This document shows, one piece after another, positions 14,539-16,284 of a stretch of DNA of 16,284 nucleotides. The first letter of the stretch is position 1. Each line of letters opens with the position of its first letter. Origin of the DNA: Acidimicrobiia bacterium (GTDB taxonomy: Bacteria > Actinomycetota > Acidimicrobiia > Spongiisociales > Spongiisociaceae); contig JBFGLM010000079.1 in assembly GCA_041576165.1 (NCBI GenBank), positions 1 through 16,284 on the forward strand. Direction: 5' to 3'. The translations under genes and the position numbers were made by a program. Below the pieces are notes generated by a model. The model did not search any database. It was not told the origin of the DNA and saw only the letters and a list, made by a program, of their open reading frames with translations.

Positions 14539-14644
14539 AGCCACCCTCCGCGAGCCATAGTTCATGCACCGCGTTCGCGCGATGCGTAGTGTGGGCCGGA
14601 GCCCCAGGAGTAAGGGGAACCAGACCAGGGAGGAGAATCGTCTC

Positions 14645-15970
14645 ATGAGACGTTCACGAATGAAGCGCGCCGTTGTGCTGGCGGCGGGCCTGTTGATGGG
14701 AGTGCTGTTGTTGGCAGCCGGTCCGGCCGGCGCCGACCACGATGGCGACCCGAGAACCAAGAATCTGCACCCGATGGGACACATCGTAGAACCGGCCAGC
14801 CTGATCAATCCGGCCATCGGCAACCCGAACATCCATACCGACATTGCGTTCTGGGGCAAGCTCGCCTACCAGGGTTCTTGGCTGGGCTTCAACATCCGGG
14901 ACATTTCAGCTCCAGGTAACCCCAAGCAGGTGTCGTTCACGTCGTGTACCGGCAATCAGGGTGACATGATCATCTGGGACAACGTGCTGGTGCGCTCCTG
15001 GAACTCGCTGGCAAGCGTGGGGGCTACCTGCGACGGTATCCCCGTGCCTGAAGATTTCGAAGGCCTGCACATCTTCGACGTGAGTGACAAGTCCGACCCG
15101 GTTCTCGTCAGCTCGGTCGCGCTGCCCTGCGGCTCGCACACGGCGACGGGCGTACCCGACCTCGACAACGATCGGCTACTCGTCTACAACAGCTCGTCCG
15201 GACCCTGCCTCGGTATCGACATCGTCGAAGTGCCGCTCGCCAATCCGGCCGCAGCGGCGTTCGTGCGCACCGAGCCGGCTTCACGAGACTGCCATGACAC
15301 GGGTGTCATCTTGGGCGACGTCATGATGGCGGCCTGTGCCGGCGACGACGGGTTCACTACGTGGACACTCGCGGGTCCCGGTTCGCTGATTGATCCCTTC
15401 GAGCTGCTCGACGTGTCAGTTCCCGACGTCGGCATTGGCCATTCGGCGGCGTTCTCGAACGACGGCGAGATCCTCGTGTTCGGCCACGAGCCCGGCGGAG
15501 GCGTCTTTGCGAACTGTCAGGCCAGTAACCCCGACTCCGACAAGTCGTACTTCTTCTACGACACGTCGACCGGCGGCCTGCTCGGCACGTGGGTGATACC
15601 GCGTGACCAGTCCGACATCGAGAACTGCACGCTGCACAACTTGAACATCGTGCCGACGACGGATGGCAGCAACATCCTCGTGCACGGCAGCTATCAGTCG
15701 GGTACGAGCGTGGTCGACTTCACCGACCCTGCCAACGCGGTTGAGCTGGCGTTCAGCGATCCGCCCCCCATTCCGCCGCCAGGAGGACCGTTCTGTGGTG
15801 GCACCGGTTGTGAGATCGGCGGAGTGTGGTCGTCGTACTACTACAACGGCTTCATCTACGAAACGAACATCACGGAGGGTCTCAACATCTTCCGTTACAG
15901 CGGCAAGGAGTTTGCCAAGGCCGTCAAGCTCCCGCACCTGAACCCACAGACGCAGGAGTTCACCCGCTAG
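14645..15970 (+). CDS. Secreted LVIVD-repeat (beta-propeller-like) protein
   Basis: GGAGGAG RBS, signal peptide ending PAGA|DH, repeated FNIRDISAP / LHIFDVSD / TSVVDFTDPAN units, CGSHT, CHD, IGHSAAF, ENCTLHN and WSSYYYNG motifs. Confidence 0.88.
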   Translation: MRRSRMKRAVVLAAGLLMGVLLLAAGPAGADHDGDPRTKNLHPMGHIVEPASLINPAIGNPNIHTDIAFWGKLAYQGSWLGFNIRDISAPGNPKQVSFTSCTGNQGDMIIWDNVLVRSWNSLASVGATCDGIPVPEDFEGLHIFDVSDKSDPVLVSSVALPCGSHTATGVPDLDNDRLLVYNSSSGPCLGIDIVEVPLANPAAAAFVRTEPASRDCHDTGVILGDVMMAACAGDDGFTTWTLAGPGSLIDPFELLDVSVPDVGIGHSAAFSNDGEILVFGHEPGGGVFANCQASNPDSDKSYFFYDTSTGGLLGTWVIPRDQSDIENCTLHNLNIVPTTDGSNILVHGSYQSGTSVVDFTDPANAVELAFSDPPPIPPPGGPFCGGTGCEIGGVWSSYYYNGFIYETNITEGLNIFRYSGKEFAKAVKLPHLNPQTQEFTR

Positions 15971-15983
15971 ACCACGCTTGCTG

Positions 15984-16015
15984 GTGGGGCCCGGCCGGTT
16001 TCGGTCGGGTCCCAC
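15984..16015 (+). terminator. GC-rich hairpin after the LVIVD gene, possible terminator without U tract
   Basis: GTGGGGCCCGGCCG-GTTT-CGGTCGGGTCCCAC, with two G.U pairs. Confidence 0.55.
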
Positions 16016-16176
16016 GGCAGCCTCCGGGTTCCGAACGGGGAGCCATCGGGGCGCGTCAGCGGTCCGATGGATTGGACGTTTCCGTCCCGCCCCGACTCGC
16101 TTCTTCAAACGGCGCGGTGATCGACGCCATCTGCGAGCCGACTCCGCAAAACGAGGGAAGCCGTATCGTGGACCCC

Positions 16177-16284
16177 ATGCACAGAGCCTTCACGATCGCA
16201 GCGGCCTTTCTGGTCCTCGTCAACGTGGTCGTCAACCAATGGCTACCGGGCTGGCTGTCTATACCGGCGATGGCGGGGGCCGGC
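16177..16284 (+). CDS. 5' end of a membrane protein (partial; possibly CPBP/CAAX protease-like), leaderless
   Basis: TATCGT -10 element 7 nt before ATG. Reads MHRAFTIAAAFLVLVNVVVNQWLPGWLSIPAMAGAG to the window end. Confidence 0.55.
   Translation, partial: MHRAFTIAAAFLVLVNVVVNQWLPGWLSIPAMAGAG

Overview
High-GC window, probably from an actinobacterium (Acidimicrobiia-like; inferred from gene content, leaderless starts and a C1-U72 initiator tRNA). Left to right: the tail of a VOC/glyoxalase gene; a secreted acidic protein with seven ESIES repeats, 6 bp upstream of an APH-like kinase; a MarR regulator with a divergent promoter that has no target ORF; a SigB/SigF-type stress cluster (membrane protein, unannotated 19-aa membrane peptide, PRC-barrel protein); a poly-gamma-glutamate hydrolase; a lipoprotein and a secreted protein; a decayed prophage scar (3' half of tRNA-Leu, one orphan gene, a multiply frameshifted terminase fragment); a co-directional minus-strand run of Rieske ferredoxin, CYP255/GcoA-like P450, Rrf2 and a membrane-anchored NirK fused to a cupredoxin, with a DosR-like box and a perfect 16-bp inverted repeat at the rrf2 start; a GAF-GGDEF cyclase divergent from a PAS + MBL hydrolase pair; a GGGWY tandem-motif protein; tRNA-fMet followed by a structured repeat that re-copies its 3' end and terminator; an LVIVD-type secreted protein; and the start of a membrane protein. 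All family calls come from motif recognition by eye; no searches were run.
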